From: Patescibacteria group bacterium
GTDB lineage: Bacteria > Patescibacteriota > Minisyncoccia > Phycocordibacterales > Phycocordibacteraceae
Assembly: GCA_018971265.1 (NCBI GenBank)
Contig: JAGXBE010000001.1
Span: 1,051 to 65,050, forward strand
Length of the DNA: 64,000 nt
Direction of reading: 5' to 3'
The notes below the pieces were generated by a model. That model did no database searches. It was not told the DNA's origin and saw only the letters and a list, made by a program, of their open reading frames with translations. Every line of letters begins with the position of its first letter. The first letter of the stretch is position 1. Below, in pieces: positions 18,690 through 30,632 of the stretch. A program made the position numbers and the translations under genes.

Positions 18690-19139
18690 ATGCAGCAGCT
18701 TCTTTCAGCATTCGGTATTGACTGGCGTCTGCTCATCGCGCAGGCGGTGAATTTCGGCGTCGTCATCGGAGCGCTTTGGTACTTTCTCTACAAACCGGTG
18801 CTCGCCATGCTCGCAAAGCGACAGGAGGTCATTGCGAAGGGGGTGGAGGACGCCGCGCACGCGCAGGCCGCGCTTGCGGGTGCGGACACAGAGGCGTCGG
18901 CGCGCGTTGCGGCAGCGGACACGGAGGCTGAGCGCATCGTTTCAGCGGCCCGCGAAGCGGGGGACGCGGAGAAGACGCGACTCCTGAAGGAAGCCGAGGC
19001 GCGCGCAGTCGCCGTCGCCAAAGACGCGGAGGACCGCGCAAAAGAGGTTGCGGCGCGCGCGAAGCGGGAGAGCGAAAAGGAGATCACGCGGCTTGCTATC
19101 CTTGCCGCGGAGAAACTTCTGAAGAAACACTATGATTGA
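18690..19139 (+). CDS. atpF: F0F1 ATP synthase subunit b
   Basis: GIDWRLLIAQAVNF..FLYKPV, followed by an Ala/Glu/Arg coiled coil; operon position. Confidence 0.92.
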   Translation: MQQLLSAFGIDWRLLIAQAVNFGVVIGALWYFLYKPVLAMLAKRQEVIAKGVEDAAHAQAALAGADTEASARVAAADTEAERIVSAAREAGDAEKTRLLKEAEARAVAVAKDAEDRAKEVAARAKRESEKEITRLAILAAEKLLKKHYD

Positions 19140-19503
19140 CGACTACACGCGCCTCTTGGAGGCCACGGCTGAGCTTGAGGACAAGGCGGCAGCAGATGCA
19201 GCCGTGACGAAGCTCATCTTGCACCTGAAAAGCGCGGGACGTATGAAGATGCTCCCCGAGATCGCGCGCGAACTAAAGAAGGTGGCGGCGCGCCGCCACG
19301 CGCTCCGGCCGTTCGTAGAAGTCGCACATCGGAAAGAAGAGGCAGCTGCGCTCCGTGCCGCCTCTGAGGCGGGCATTATCGCGCGGCACGCGGTTGTGAA
19401 TTACTCCCTCATCCACGGCTGGCGTGCGCGAAGCGCAGGTAAGCTCGTTGATCATTCGGCGAAACGAGCACTTCTACAAATTTACCAAAAGGTCACCCTA
19501 TAA
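19132..19503 (+). CDS. atpH: F0F1 ATP synthase subunit delta (short, divergent)
   Basis: Lies between atpF and atpA; C-terminal [21 protein letters not shown] resembles the delta motif VDPSLIGG..I..GD..ID.S. Confidence 0.7.
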   Translation: MIDDYTRLLEATAELEDKAAADAAVTKLILHLKSAGRMKMLPEIARELKKVAARRHALRPFVEVAHRKEEAAALRAASEAGIIARHAVVNYSLIHGWRARSAGKLVDHSAKRALLQIYQKVTL

Positions 19504-19510
19504 CGAATGT

Positions 19511-21067
19511 ATGCAGAGCATTATTGAGAGGATCGAGAAGGAAATCGCCGCTTGGGCTCCGGAGGTCGGTGCGGAAGAGACAGGCATCGTTCGCGCTACC
19601 AGCGACGGCATCGCGGAAATCGACGGCCTTTCGGCGGCTGCGATGTCCGAGATGGTATTCTTCGATCCGACCTTTGATCGCACGCTTGTCGAAGCACTCA
19701 AGGACCCGAATCCCATTTACGGTCTCGTGCTGAATCTCGAGGAAGACGGCGTGCGCGCAGTCATTCTCGGCGATTCCACAAAAATCCACGAAGGGATGCT
19801 TGTGCGCCGTTTGGGACGTCCGCTTTCTATACCGGTCGGCGAGTCGCTTGTCGGACGAGTAGTGAACGCTCTTGGCGAACCGGTCGACGGCAAGGGTCCC
19901 ACCGGCGCAAAAGAGGTACGCCCCATCGAGCGCGAAGCGTACGGCGTCATTGACCGCGCGTCGGTAAACGTACCGCTCCATACGGGTGTGAAGGCGGTTG
20001 ACGCCATGATTCCCATCGGGCGCGGTCAGCGCGAACTTATCATTGGCGATCGCGGCACCGGCAAGACCAGTATTGCCATCGATACCATTATCAATCAGAA
20101 GAGCGAGCCAGCGGCCACACGCCCCGTCTGCATCTACGTCGCCATCGGCCAGAAGGAATCAAAGACGGCCAAACTTGCCGCGGAGCTCGACGCACGCGGT
20201 GCGATGGAGTACACCATCATCGTGTCCGCGCCGGCTTCGGCGCCTGCGGCACTTCAGTTTCTCGCACCGTTTGCCGGGGCGACCATTGGCGAATATTTTA
20301 TGGAGCAGGGCAAAGATGCGCTGGTTGTTTATGACGACCTCTCCAAGCAGGCGGTCGCGTATCGCCAGATGTCGCTTCTGCTGCGCCGTCCGCCGGGCCG
20401 CGAGGCGTACCCAGGCGACATTTTTTACCTGCACTCGCGCTTGCTTGAACGTGCAGCAAAGCTCTCCGAAGAGAGAGGCGGCGGTTCCTTGACCGCACTT
20501 CCCATTATTGAGACGCAGGAGGGCGACGTCTCCGCGTACATTCCGACCAATGTCATCTCCATTACGGACGGCCAAATTTATCTGGAAGCGAACCTTTTCA
20601 ACAAGGGCCAGCGTCCGGCCATTAACGTCGGCATATCTGTTTCGCGCGTGGGCTCTGCAGCTCAGACGAAAGCGATGAAGAAGGTTGCGGGGAAGATCAA
20701 GCTTGAGCTCGCACAATTCCGCGAATTGGAGGCCTTTATGCAATTCTCTTCGGATCTCGACGTCGAGACGAAAAAACGCATTGATGCCGGACGTCGTATG
20801 ACCGAGATACTGAACCAGGGTCGCGGCGCGCCGCTTCCTTTTGAAATGGAGGCATCCGTCATATTTGCTGCGACGAATGGTTACCTGGACAGCGTCGCTC
20901 CCGAAGAGGTGAGCGCAGTCGAGATAAAACTGCGAGAATATCTTGCCCGCGAGGCGGGCGGCGTGCTTACCGCTATCCGCGAGTCTAAAGAGATACGCGA
21001 GGAGTCGGAAAAGGCGCTTCGCGAGAAACTGGACGCATTCATCGCGCGCACCGCATCCGTCGCATAA
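19511..21067 (+). CDS. atpA: F0F1 ATP synthase subunit alpha
   Basis: [38 protein letters not shown]. Confidence 0.98.
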   Translation: MQSIIERIEKEIAAWAPEVGAEETGIVRATSDGIAEIDGLSAAAMSEMVFFDPTFDRTLVEALKDPNPIYGLVLNLEEDGVRAVILGDSTKIHEGMLVRRLGRPLSIPVGESLVGRVVNALGEPVDGKGPTGAKEVRPIEREAYGVIDRASVNVPLHTGVKAVDAMIPIGRGQRELIIGDRGTGKTSIAIDTIINQKSEPAATRPVCIYVAIGQKESKTAKLAAELDARGAMEYTIIVSAPASAPAALQFLAPFAGATIGEYFMEQGKDALVVYDDLSKQAVAYRQMSLLLRRPPGREAYPGDIFYLHSRLLERAAKLSEERGGGSLTALPIIETQEGDVSAYIPTNVISITDGQIYLEANLFNKGQRPAINVGISVSRVGSAAQTKAMKKVAGKIKLELAQFRELEAFMQFSSDLDVETKKRIDAGRRMTEILNQGRGAPLPFEMEASVIFAATNGYLDSVAPEEVSAVEIKLREYLAREAGGVLTAIRESKEIREESEKALREKLDAFIARTASVA

Positions 21068-21073
21068 GTACCC

Positions 21074-23393
<2,320 letters not shown>

Positions 23394-23394
23394 C

Positions 23395-23640
23395 ATGAAA
23401 ACATTTCATCTCACTGTTGCGCGCATCGGCGAAAACTTATTTGACGAAGAGGTAGTTTCCGTTTCTCTTCCCGGTATCGAAGGGACGTTCCAAATCCTTG
23501 CCGGACACGAGCCGTTCGTCTCCCTGCTTACGGCCGGTACCGTGCATATCAAAAACGCGAACGGGCAAGGGCATTCTTTCGAGACTCCGAAAGAGGGTGT
23601 CGCAGAAATATCGTATTCTCAGGCGACTGTCCTTCTCTAG
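23395..23640 (+). CDS. atpC: F0F1 ATP synthase subunit epsilon (N-terminal beta-sandwich only)
   Basis: LPGIEGTFQILAGHEP; 81 aa, no C-terminal helices. Confidence 0.85.
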   Translation: MKTFHLTVARIGENLFDEEVVSVSLPGIEGTFQILAGHEPFVSLLTAGTVHIKNANGQGHSFETPKEGVAEISYSQATVLL

Positions 23641-23677
23641 TACTTGCATTCAGCCCGTGGGGCGCCATACTAGTGGC

Positions 23678-24097
23678 ATGACTTTTGAAGGAAATGGCGG
23701 TGAGAACGTCTCTCCGCGCCGTAAGATACCTCACTACCACGGGGATGCCGTGCGCGTCCTGCTCGTCGCAAGTGCGCTCGTGCTTATCATTGCCCAGTCT
23801 ACCGGAGCCCAGCTCCCGCTTTCGACGACCGAGGCGGTCATCTCGGCAATGGTACTGGTTGTTTCCGCCGGCATAACGAATCCGACGCAGTCACCGATTC
23901 ATTGGGTAAATGCAATACTCGCGATTACAGGAACGCTCCTTTTCGGCACGACTGCGGTTGAACACTATCGCGCAGGAATGAGTCTTCTCGACCCCTCTTT
24001 CATCTACGTAGAAGCGCTTGCGCTCCTGTCGCTTTTTGCGCTCTATCTTACGACAAGAACCATCCGCGGTTTTCATTTGCACAGGAACCTGTCTTAA
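23678..24097 (+). CDS. Hypothetical four-TM membrane protein
   Basis: Four hydrophobic segments; HYHGD motif; start at MTFEG. Confidence 0.7.
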   Translation: MTFEGNGGENVSPRRKIPHYHGDAVRVLLVASALVLIIAQSTGAQLPLSTTEAVISAMVLVVSAGITNPTQSPIHWVNAILAITGTLLFGTTAVEHYRAGMSLLDPSFIYVEALALLSLFALYLTTRTIRGFHLHRNLS

Positions 24098-24136
24098 TAC
24101 TCGCGCCCCTCTCTTTTCCTGTGGTACACTTTGCGC

Positions 24137-24367
24137 ATGTCCGTCAAGGATTTTCTTCTCAAGAAGTACACTGACTGGAAGTTGAAGGACGTACCGGAAG
24201 CTCAGCGCGATCAGATGCTGGCTCTCGTTTCAAAAGACCCGGACCTTTTTAAAGTCATCGGCGAAGAGATTGAGCGGCGTAAAAAAGGCGGCGAAAGCGA
24301 AATGAAGGCGGCAATGGAAGTGATGAAGAAGCACCGCGACAAACTCTCAGCGCTCATGCAAAAGTAA
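24137..24367 (+). CDS. Small hypothetical helical protein
   Basis: 76-aa ORF preceded by TG-G-TACACT 6 nt upstream. Confidence 0.7.
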   Translation: MSVKDFLLKKYTDWKLKDVPEAQRDQMLALVSKDPDLFKVIGEEIERRKKGGESEMKAAMEVMKKHRDKLSALMQK

Positions 24368-24372
24368 TTTTC

Positions 24373-24876
24373 ATGTCCACTCTGCTTTTTCTTCTCGTTT
24401 TCTTTCAGGCGCTCGGAGCGCTCGTCGGCGCCATCACGGCGGTGTGGAGCGAGCTTGCTTACGTTCGCGCGATGCGAGATGGAAGACTCGATGCAGCCGA
24501 ACGGGCGTATCTCGACGGCATCGCGAAGGGATTGCGTTTTGGCATGCCATTCCTCTTACTCGCTTCTCTGGCGCTCGTCATCGTCGCCTACGTGCTCCAC
24601 GCAGCGCCTCAACCGGCGCTCACCGCAAGCTACTGGGCTTTCATGACGCTCGCACTTCTCATCATCGGCACTTCTTTCGCCCTTTCGCGACGGCGAGTTT
24701 CATTTGCGCTCGGTTCCGCTGGGGTTTTTGCCGCGTGGTGGTTTCTCGTTTTCCTCACGCTTGGACGACTTCCCGCGCTCTCCTTCGGGGCAGCGGCTGC
24801 TCTTTATGTCGTTGCGGCTGCTCTTCTGTACGGAGCACTTCGTTATGCCCGGCTGCTTGCTTCACTTAAACTTTGA
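24373..24876 (+). CDS. Hypothetical multi-pass membrane protein
   Basis: About five hydrophobic helices; tight packing with neighbours. Confidence 0.75.
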   Translation: MSTLLFLLVFFQALGALVGAITAVWSELAYVRAMRDGRLDAAERAYLDGIAKGLRFGMPFLLLASLALVIVAYVLHAAPQPALTASYWAFMTLALLIIGTSFALSRRRVSFALGSAGVFAAWWFLVFLTLGRLPALSFGAAAALYVVAAALLYGALRYARLLASLKL

Positions 24877-24879
24877 ATA

Positions 24880-25449
24880 ATGAAAATCTACATTCTCCTC
24901 GGGCACACCGATGCGGCGACGCTTTCCGGGGCGTTTGCCGACACGTATGAGACGCACGCACGCGCGGCCGGACACGAGGTGCGGCGCCAAAATATCGGCG
25001 AGATGCGTTTCGACCCCATCCTCCACGAGGGTTATAAAAGTATCCAGCAACTCGAGCCGGATCTTGAGACCTTTCGTGAGAACGTTCGATGGGCGGAGCA
25101 CATCGTTATCGTTTACCCCGTCTGGTGGAGTTCAATGCCGGCGATGCTTAAAGGTTTGTTCGATCGTGCGTGGTTGCCGCATTTCGCTTTCAATTTTGCC
25201 GATCACGGCCTCACGTGGACGAAACTGCTCGGGGGACGGACGGCGCGCATCATCACCAGCGCGAACACGGTGCCGTGGCTCCTGCGCTTCATGTATGGGC
25301 CGCCGACCGTCGCTCTTGAGCTTTGTCTTCTTCGTTTTGCCGGCATCAGCGCTCGTTCGACCGTATTCGGTCCCTCCGAGCGCGCCTCGGAAAGGACGAG
25401 AGCCCGATGGTTTTGCAAAGTCGAGCGTCTTGCACGGAAAGGGAAGTAG
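24880..25449 (+). CDS. NAD(P)H-dependent oxidoreductase, flavodoxin-like fold
   Basis: LEPDL..WAEHIVIVYPVWWSSMPAMLKGLFDR. Confidence 0.9.
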   Translation: MKIYILLGHTDAATLSGAFADTYETHARAAGHEVRRQNIGEMRFDPILHEGYKSIQQLEPDLETFRENVRWAEHIVIVYPVWWSSMPAMLKGLFDRAWLPHFAFNFADHGLTWTKLLGGRTARIITSANTVPWLLRFMYGPPTVALELCLLRFAGISARSTVFGPSERASERTRARWFCKVERLARKGK

Positions 25450-25454
25450 CGTCT

Positions 25455-25612
25455 AGGGTGAATCAGTTTGGGTGTCTACCCGATACTGCGTCTTACTTCA
25501 AGACCGCGCGCTCCGACTTGAATTTTGTCGAAAAACGCGAGATAGTGTTTAGAACCGTAGAGTCGATTACCGGCCCCCAACAGCAACTGGAGATGCGCGG
25601 ATTTATTCCGGC
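25455..25612 (+). ncRNA. Candidate structured RNA (6S-RNA-like rod)
   Basis: 180-bp intergenic region with nested pairings found by eye: GGGTGAATC/GATTTATTC, CAGTT/AACTG, TGGG/CCCA, CGATACTGCG/CGTAGAGTCG, apical CGCG..CGAC/GTCG..CGCG. Confidence 0.35.
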
Positions 25613-25629
25613 CACTAATTTTTTATTAA

Positions 25630-26727
25630 ATGTTGAAGATAGGAATTGTCGGTTTACCGAACGTGGGGAAATCCACGCTTTTTAATGCACTCACGAAAGC
25701 GTCGGTGCCGGCGGAAAACTACCCTTTCTGCACCATCGATCCGTCGGTCGGAGTTGTCGGCGTCCCCGATCCGCGGCTCGACGCCCTTACAAAACTTTCC
25801 CGAAGCGAGAAGAAAGTTCCGGCAGCGATAGAGTTCGTCGATATCGCCGGTCTTGTGAAAGGCGCGGCAGAAGGCGAGGGGCTCGGGAATCAGTTCCTCG
25901 CGCATATCCGCGAGACTGATGCCATTCTGCACGTGGTACGTTTCTTTGATGACGCAGCGGTGCTCCATGTGAACGGGGACGTCGAACCATACAAAGACAT
26001 AGAAATAATCAACGTCGAACTCATGCTCGCGGATGCGGAACAGGTTCGCGGGCGGCGCGATAAACTCGAGCGCGATATAGCGATGAATCTGCAAGGGGCA
26101 TCCGTCCTTGACCGTGCGCTCGCCAAACTCGAACAGGGTTTTGCGGCGGGGAAACTCGCGCTCCACGCCGGACTCGATAGCGAAGAGCAAAAACTCGTGG
26201 TACCCATGAATTTGCTCACGATGAAACCGATGCTCTATGCGCTCAACCGAAAGAGTGCCGGACACAACCTCGACGAGCTTGATGACGGGCGCGCGACGCG
26301 GGCGTATGAGATCATCAAAGTGCTCGGTTCTCGTTTCGTGAAAGTCGATGCCGCAACCGAACAGGACTTGAATGAGGTTGCCGATGCCGATCGCGACGGC
26401 TTTCGGGAAGAGTTTGGCGTGCTTGAGGACGGTCTTCGCGACCTTATCCGCGGCGCATACGACACGCTTGGTCTCATCTCATTCTTTACGACCGGCGAAA
26501 AAGAGACACGCGCGTGGACGATACCTCGAGGCAGTACCGCGCCGCTTGCCGGCGCCGCAATTCACAGTGATTTTGCGGAAAAGTTTATTCGTGCGGAGGT
26601 CGTTTCCACCCCCGACCTTCTTTCGAGCGGTAGCTGGGCCGCTGCTCGTGAAGCCGCGAAAATCCGTACGGAAGGGAAAGAATATATCGTCGCCGACGGC
26701 GACGTGATGGTATTTCTTCATGGCTAA
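25630..26727 (+). CDS. ychF: Redox-regulated ATPase YchF
   Basis: GIVGLPNVGKST, NYPFCTIDP, DIAGLVKGA, FFTTGEKETRAW, EGKEY. Confidence 0.97.
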   Translation: MLKIGIVGLPNVGKSTLFNALTKASVPAENYPFCTIDPSVGVVGVPDPRLDALTKLSRSEKKVPAAIEFVDIAGLVKGAAEGEGLGNQFLAHIRETDAILHVVRFFDDAAVLHVNGDVEPYKDIEIINVELMLADAEQVRGRRDKLERDIAMNLQGASVLDRALAKLEQGFAAGKLALHAGLDSEEQKLVVPMNLLTMKPMLYALNRKSAGHNLDELDDGRATRAYEIIKVLGSRFVKVDAATEQDLNEVADADRDGFREEFGVLEDGLRDLIRGAYDTLGLISFFTTGEKETRAWTIPRGSTAPLAGAAIHSDFAEKFIRAEVVSTPDLLSSGSWAAAREAAKIRTEGKEYIVADGDVMVFLHG

Positions 26728-26762
26728 TCGTAAACCTTGGATGCGTGGTATAATGCGCTTCT

Positions 26763-27719
26763 ATGGATAAACCGAAAATAACGGCGAAAGATTTCTTTTT
26801 GTGGGCGGGGGCGATGGTAGCGTTTTATTGGAGCATTATCGCTTTCACTTTCCTCATTTTCGATTACATAAATTACAGCTTCCCGAATCCACTCGCCTAC
26901 TATCCGAGCGATCCGTACCAGAGCGGTATTAGCTACGAAATGGCGTCCCTCATAGTACTCTTCCCGCTCTACCTGCTCTTGGTGCGGTTCATACGCAGAA
27001 GTATAGCTTTGGATTCTTCCCGCAAAGATATTTGGGTGCGCCGCTGGGCGCTCATATTGACGCTCTTCATTGCGGGCATAACGATAGCGGTAGACCTCAT
27101 CACCCTCCTCACCACCTTTCTTAATGGAGAAACGCTTACGACGGCGTTCCTGCTGAAAGTACTTATCATACTCCTTGTCGCGTCCGGAGTATTCATGCAT
27201 TTTATTGCCGATTTACGGGGCTACTGGGATACGTTTCCGCTTCGTCGACGTTCCGTCGGTATTGGTGCTGCCATCCTTGCCGTTGTTACCGTAGTCTCCG
27301 GATTTTTTATCGTCGGCACGCCCGCGCAAGCCCGCCTTGCGCGGTTTGACGCGCAAAAAGTGAGCGATCTCCAGAACATACAGTCGCACGTGGTGAATTA
27401 TTGGCAGGCAAAACATACGTTGCCTACAACGATTACCGATCTCAACAACTCTCTCTCGTACGGTCCTCTGCCGATGGACGCCCAAACGGGGGAGCCGTAC
27501 GGGTATCAGGCAACGGGAACACTTTCGTTCAAATTATGCGCAGTCTTTAATGTGCCGAGTCGTGGCAATCAAAATAGCTACCCTGAATCTTTTTCCGGAC
27601 CTACGATGCCCGTACCGGCGGGTGGCAGAGGAATGGTGCAAGACAATTGGCAACATGGCAGCGGGCAAGTATGTTTCGATCGAACTATCGACCCCAGTTT
27701 CTATCCGCCGGTGAAATAA
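26763..27719 (+). CDS. DUF5671-like membrane protein
   Basis: TAKDFFLW, MASLIVLFPLY, GTPAQARLARFDAQKVSDLQ, FKLCAVF, CFDR; recalled CPR family. Confidence 0.65.
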   Translation: MDKPKITAKDFFLWAGAMVAFYWSIIAFTFLIFDYINYSFPNPLAYYPSDPYQSGISYEMASLIVLFPLYLLLVRFIRRSIALDSSRKDIWVRRWALILTLFIAGITIAVDLITLLTTFLNGETLTTAFLLKVLIILLVASGVFMHFIADLRGYWDTFPLRRRSVGIGAAILAVVTVVSGFFIVGTPAQARLARFDAQKVSDLQNIQSHVVNYWQAKHTLPTTITDLNNSLSYGPLPMDAQTGEPYGYQATGTLSFKLCAVFNVPSRGNQNSYPESFSGPTMPVPAGGRGMVQDNWQHGSGQVCFDRTIDPSFYPPVK

Positions 27720-27760
27720 AGCAGGTCTTGAGATTTTGAATCGAGATTGCGACACTGCAC

Positions 27761-30598
27761 ATGGCGTATGATCACAAAAAAATCGAGAAAGCAGCCCAAG
27801 AGAAGTGGGCGAACCTCGATCTCTACCGAACCGACCTCTCGGACGGTGCGAAGGACCCATATTACCTCCTTGCCGAGTTCCCGTATCCGTCGGGTGATCT
27901 CCACATCGGACACTGGTATGCATTCGCCGTAACCGACATATACGCGCGTCTTTTGCGACTGCGCGGCAAGAATGTCTTTTTCCCGATAGGATTCGACGCC
28001 TTCGGCTTGCCTGCCGAGAATGCAGCGATAAAGCACGGACTCGATCCTGCCGAGTGGACCTACAAGAATATTGCTCGTATGCGTGCACAACTCGCCTCAA
28101 TGGGAGCGTCTTTTGATTGGTCAAGAGAGGTGCTTACCTGTGACCCGAATTACTACCAATGGACACAGTGGCTTTTCGTGAAGCTCTTCGAGCACAAGCT
28201 CGCCGAACATCGCGAGGCATCGGTAAAGTGGTGCCCAAAGGATCAGACCGTGCTTGCGAATGAACAGGTAGTTGACGGTCACTGTGAGCGCTGCGGGACC
28301 GAAGTGGAAGAAAAGACCCTTACCCAATGGTTTCTCAAGATAACCGACTACGCAGAGCGTTTGCTTGCCGGACTTGACGCGCTTCCGTGGCGCGAGGAAA
28401 TAAAGGAAGCCCAGCGCGCATGGATCGGCAAGAGCGAAGGCGCGTACTTGGAGTTTCTTGTTTCCGGGCGCGATGAAAAGATAAAGGTCTTTACGACACG
28501 GCCGGACACGGTGTTCGGCGCAACCTACGTCGTGCTTGCGCCGGAGCATCCTATTGTTTCATCGTTGCTGCCGTCCGTTTCGAATGTGGAAGAAGTCGAA
28601 AAGTACGTCCGTGCGACCGCGAAGAAGACCGAACGCGAGCGCAGTGAGAATAAAGAAAAGACCGGCGTGAAATTGGAGGACGTTTCCGCGATCAATCCGG
28701 CAACGAAGGAGGAGATACCGGTGTACGTCGCCGACTACGTTCTCGCCTCCTATGGCACTGGCGCGGTGATGGCCGTCCCCGCCCACGACGAGCGCGACTT
28801 CGAATTTGCAAAAAAGATGAAGCTTCCAATCAGGGAAGTAGTAATACCCGAACGCATTGATAAGCGGAATCCGCCGGTGTTTGGCAAAAAAAGTGTGGAA
28901 CGTCGGAATGTGCATGCGTTTGTCAAAAACAAAGATGGAAAAATCCTCTGCCTGAAATGGAAAAAATATCCGTGGACTACGTTCCCGATGGGGGGAATTG
29001 AAGAGGGGGAAGACGCTGTCGCTGCAGGGCGACGCGAAGTCGCGGAGGAGACAGGGTATATTCATCTTACGAATCCAAGAATGCTCGGCGGCGAGGTGCG
29101 AGCTGAATATTTTGCCGCACACAAAGATCAGAATAGAATTTCATACACGACTCTCATCGCTTTCGATTTGGAAGACGAAGCGCGTGAGCCGGTTGCCAAG
29201 GAGGAGGGTGAAGCGCATGACATATTTTGGGCGGACCCGAGCGATGTCACTTCCACGAGCATGACGCATGCTGAAATAGACGTATGGCTCGCTCGACTTT
29301 CGAACGAAAAAGGTTTTGCATACGTCGAGTCTGGCATGTTGATCAATTCCGGTGAATTTACCGGCAAGAACAGCGAAGAAGCGAAGTGGGACATCGTTGC
29401 GTATGTGGGCGGCGAGCGTGCGACGCAGTATCGGCTCCGTGACTGGCTGGTCTCCCGCCAGCGTTACTGGGGCTGTCCGATACCGATTGTCTATGATCCC
29501 TCCGGGAAGCCGCACGCGATTCCGGCCGAACACTTGCCGTGGCTTTTGCCGACCGATGTCGACTTCACGCCGACGGGCAAAGCACCGCTCGCGTCGTCAG
29601 CAGAACTTAAAGAGCGCGTGACGCGCATCTTCGGCGAGGGCTGGACGCCCGAACACGATACGCTCGACACGTTTGTCGACTCTTCGTGGTACTTCCTCCG
29701 CTATCTCGACCCGAAGGATGCGCATGATTTTTCCGATGCCGCGCTTATGAGAAAGTGGCTGCCGGTCAATCGCTATTCGGGCGGAGGCGAACACACGACG
29801 ATGCATCTCTTCTACGCGCGCTTTTTCACCAAAGCGCTCTACGACCTCGCGCTCGTACCGGTCGAGGAGCCTTTTACCGAGCGTTTCAATCGCGGTCTTG
29901 TCATGGGTCCCGACGGGCAGAAGATGAGCAAGTCAAAAGGAAACGTGCTGAATCCCGATGAATTCGTAGAGCGCTATGGCGCCGATGCCGTGCGCATCTA
30001 CCTCGCCTTCATCGGCCCTTACAACGAGCCGGGGAACTATCCGTGGAATCTCGATGGCGTCGTTTCCATGCGCAGGTTTCTTGAACGCGCCGCACGCGTC
30101 CTCGATCGTGCAGAGGAAAGGCCTGAAGAACCCGAGATTCAACAAGCAGTTCGGCGCACGAGCGTGAAAATCGCTGCCGACGGCGACCGGTTTAAATTTA
30201 ATACTTGCATTGCCGCGCTCATGACGTTGCTGAACGAGTTCGAAAAGTCGCCGACGGTCTCGAGGATGGCTGCAAGATCTTTTGTTATCATGCTCGCTCC
30301 TTTCGCGCCGCATGCAGCCGAGTTTTTTTGGGAGCAGCTTGACGAAAAAGAGAGCGTCCACCAGACATCCTGGCCGGCAATCGCCCCCTCCGCCGTAGAG
30401 GAAGTCACGGTCGTGCTACAAGTAAATGGCAAGCGCCGCGGATCCGTACGCTTGTCCCCGACCGCTTCGCAAGAGGATGCGATGAATGCCGCCCTCGCGA
30501 TTCCTGGCATCACCAAAATAGTTTCAGGAGAAAGGCCCGAACGCCTCGTGTACGTGCCGGGGAAGGTCGTTAACCTCGTAATGCGCTCGAAATCTTGA
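27761..30598 (+). CDS. leuS: Leucine--tRNA ligase with inserted Nudix domain
   Basis: FPYPSGDLHIGH, FTTRPDT, GTGAVMAVPAHDERD (CP1 editing), DWLVSRQRYWG, KMSKS. Confidence 0.97.
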   Translation: MAYDHKKIEKAAQEKWANLDLYRTDLSDGAKDPYYLLAEFPYPSGDLHIGHWYAFAVTDIYARLLRLRGKNVFFPIGFDAFGLPAENAAIKHGLDPAEWTYKNIARMRAQLASMGASFDWSREVLTCDPNYYQWTQWLFVKLFEHKLAEHREASVKWCPKDQTVLANEQVVDGHCERCGTEVEEKTLTQWFLKITDYAERLLAGLDALPWREEIKEAQRAWIGKSEGAYLEFLVSGRDEKIKVFTTRPDTVFGATYVVLAPEHPIVSSLLPSVSNVEEVEKYVRATAKKTERERSENKEKTGVKLEDVSAINPATKEEIPVYVADYVLASYGTGAVMAVPAHDERDFEFAKKMKLPIREVVIPERIDKRNPPVFGKKSVERRNVHAFVKNKDGKILCLKWKKYPWTTFPMGGIEEGEDAVAAGRREVAEETGYIHLTNPRMLGGEVRAEYFAAHKDQNRISYTTLIAFDLEDEAREPVAKEEGEAHDIFWADPSDVTSTSMTHAEIDVWLARLSNEKGFAYVESGMLINSGEFTGKNSEEAKWDIVAYVGGERATQYRLRDWLVSRQRYWGCPIPIVYDPSGKPHAIPAEHLPWLLPTDVDFTPTGKAPLASSAELKERVTRIFGEGWTPEHDTLDTFVDSSWYFLRYLDPKDAHDFSDAALMRKWLPVNRYSGGGEHTTMHLFYARFFTKALYDLALVPVEEPFTERFNRGLVMGPDGQKMSKSKGNVLNPDEFVERYGADAVRIYLAFIGPYNEPGNYPWNLDGVVSMRRFLERAARVLDRAEERPEEPEIQQAVRRTSVKIAADGDRFKFNTCIAALMTLLNEFEKSPTVSRMAARSFVIMLAPFAPHAAEFFWEQLDEKESVHQTSWPAIAPSAVEEVTVVLQVNGKRRGSVRLSPTASQEDAMNAALAIPGITKIVSGERPERLVYVPGKVVNLVMRSKS
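28850..29314 (+). other. Nudix hydrolase domain inserted in frame in LeuRS
   Basis: Complete Nudix box GGIEEGEDAVAAGRREVAEETGY (28991-29059) between LPIREVVIP and FAYVESGMLINSG. Confidence 0.9.
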
Positions 30599-30623
30599 CT
30601 CTTCGTAATGCATTTGCTATAAA
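30595..30623 (+). promoter_or_regulatory. Sigma70-type promoter
   Basis: TTGACT-17 bp-TATAAA with extended TG; ATG 9 nt downstream. Confidence 0.6.
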
Positions 30624-30632
30624 TTATACCAC

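Noticed and set aside
25555-25580. Minus-strand GGGGGCCGGTAATCGAC resembling a tmRNA 5' end
   Set aside because: No matching 3' T-arm/acceptor end or tag reading frame, and the spacer is too short. The SRP GGAA-loop motif is also absent.
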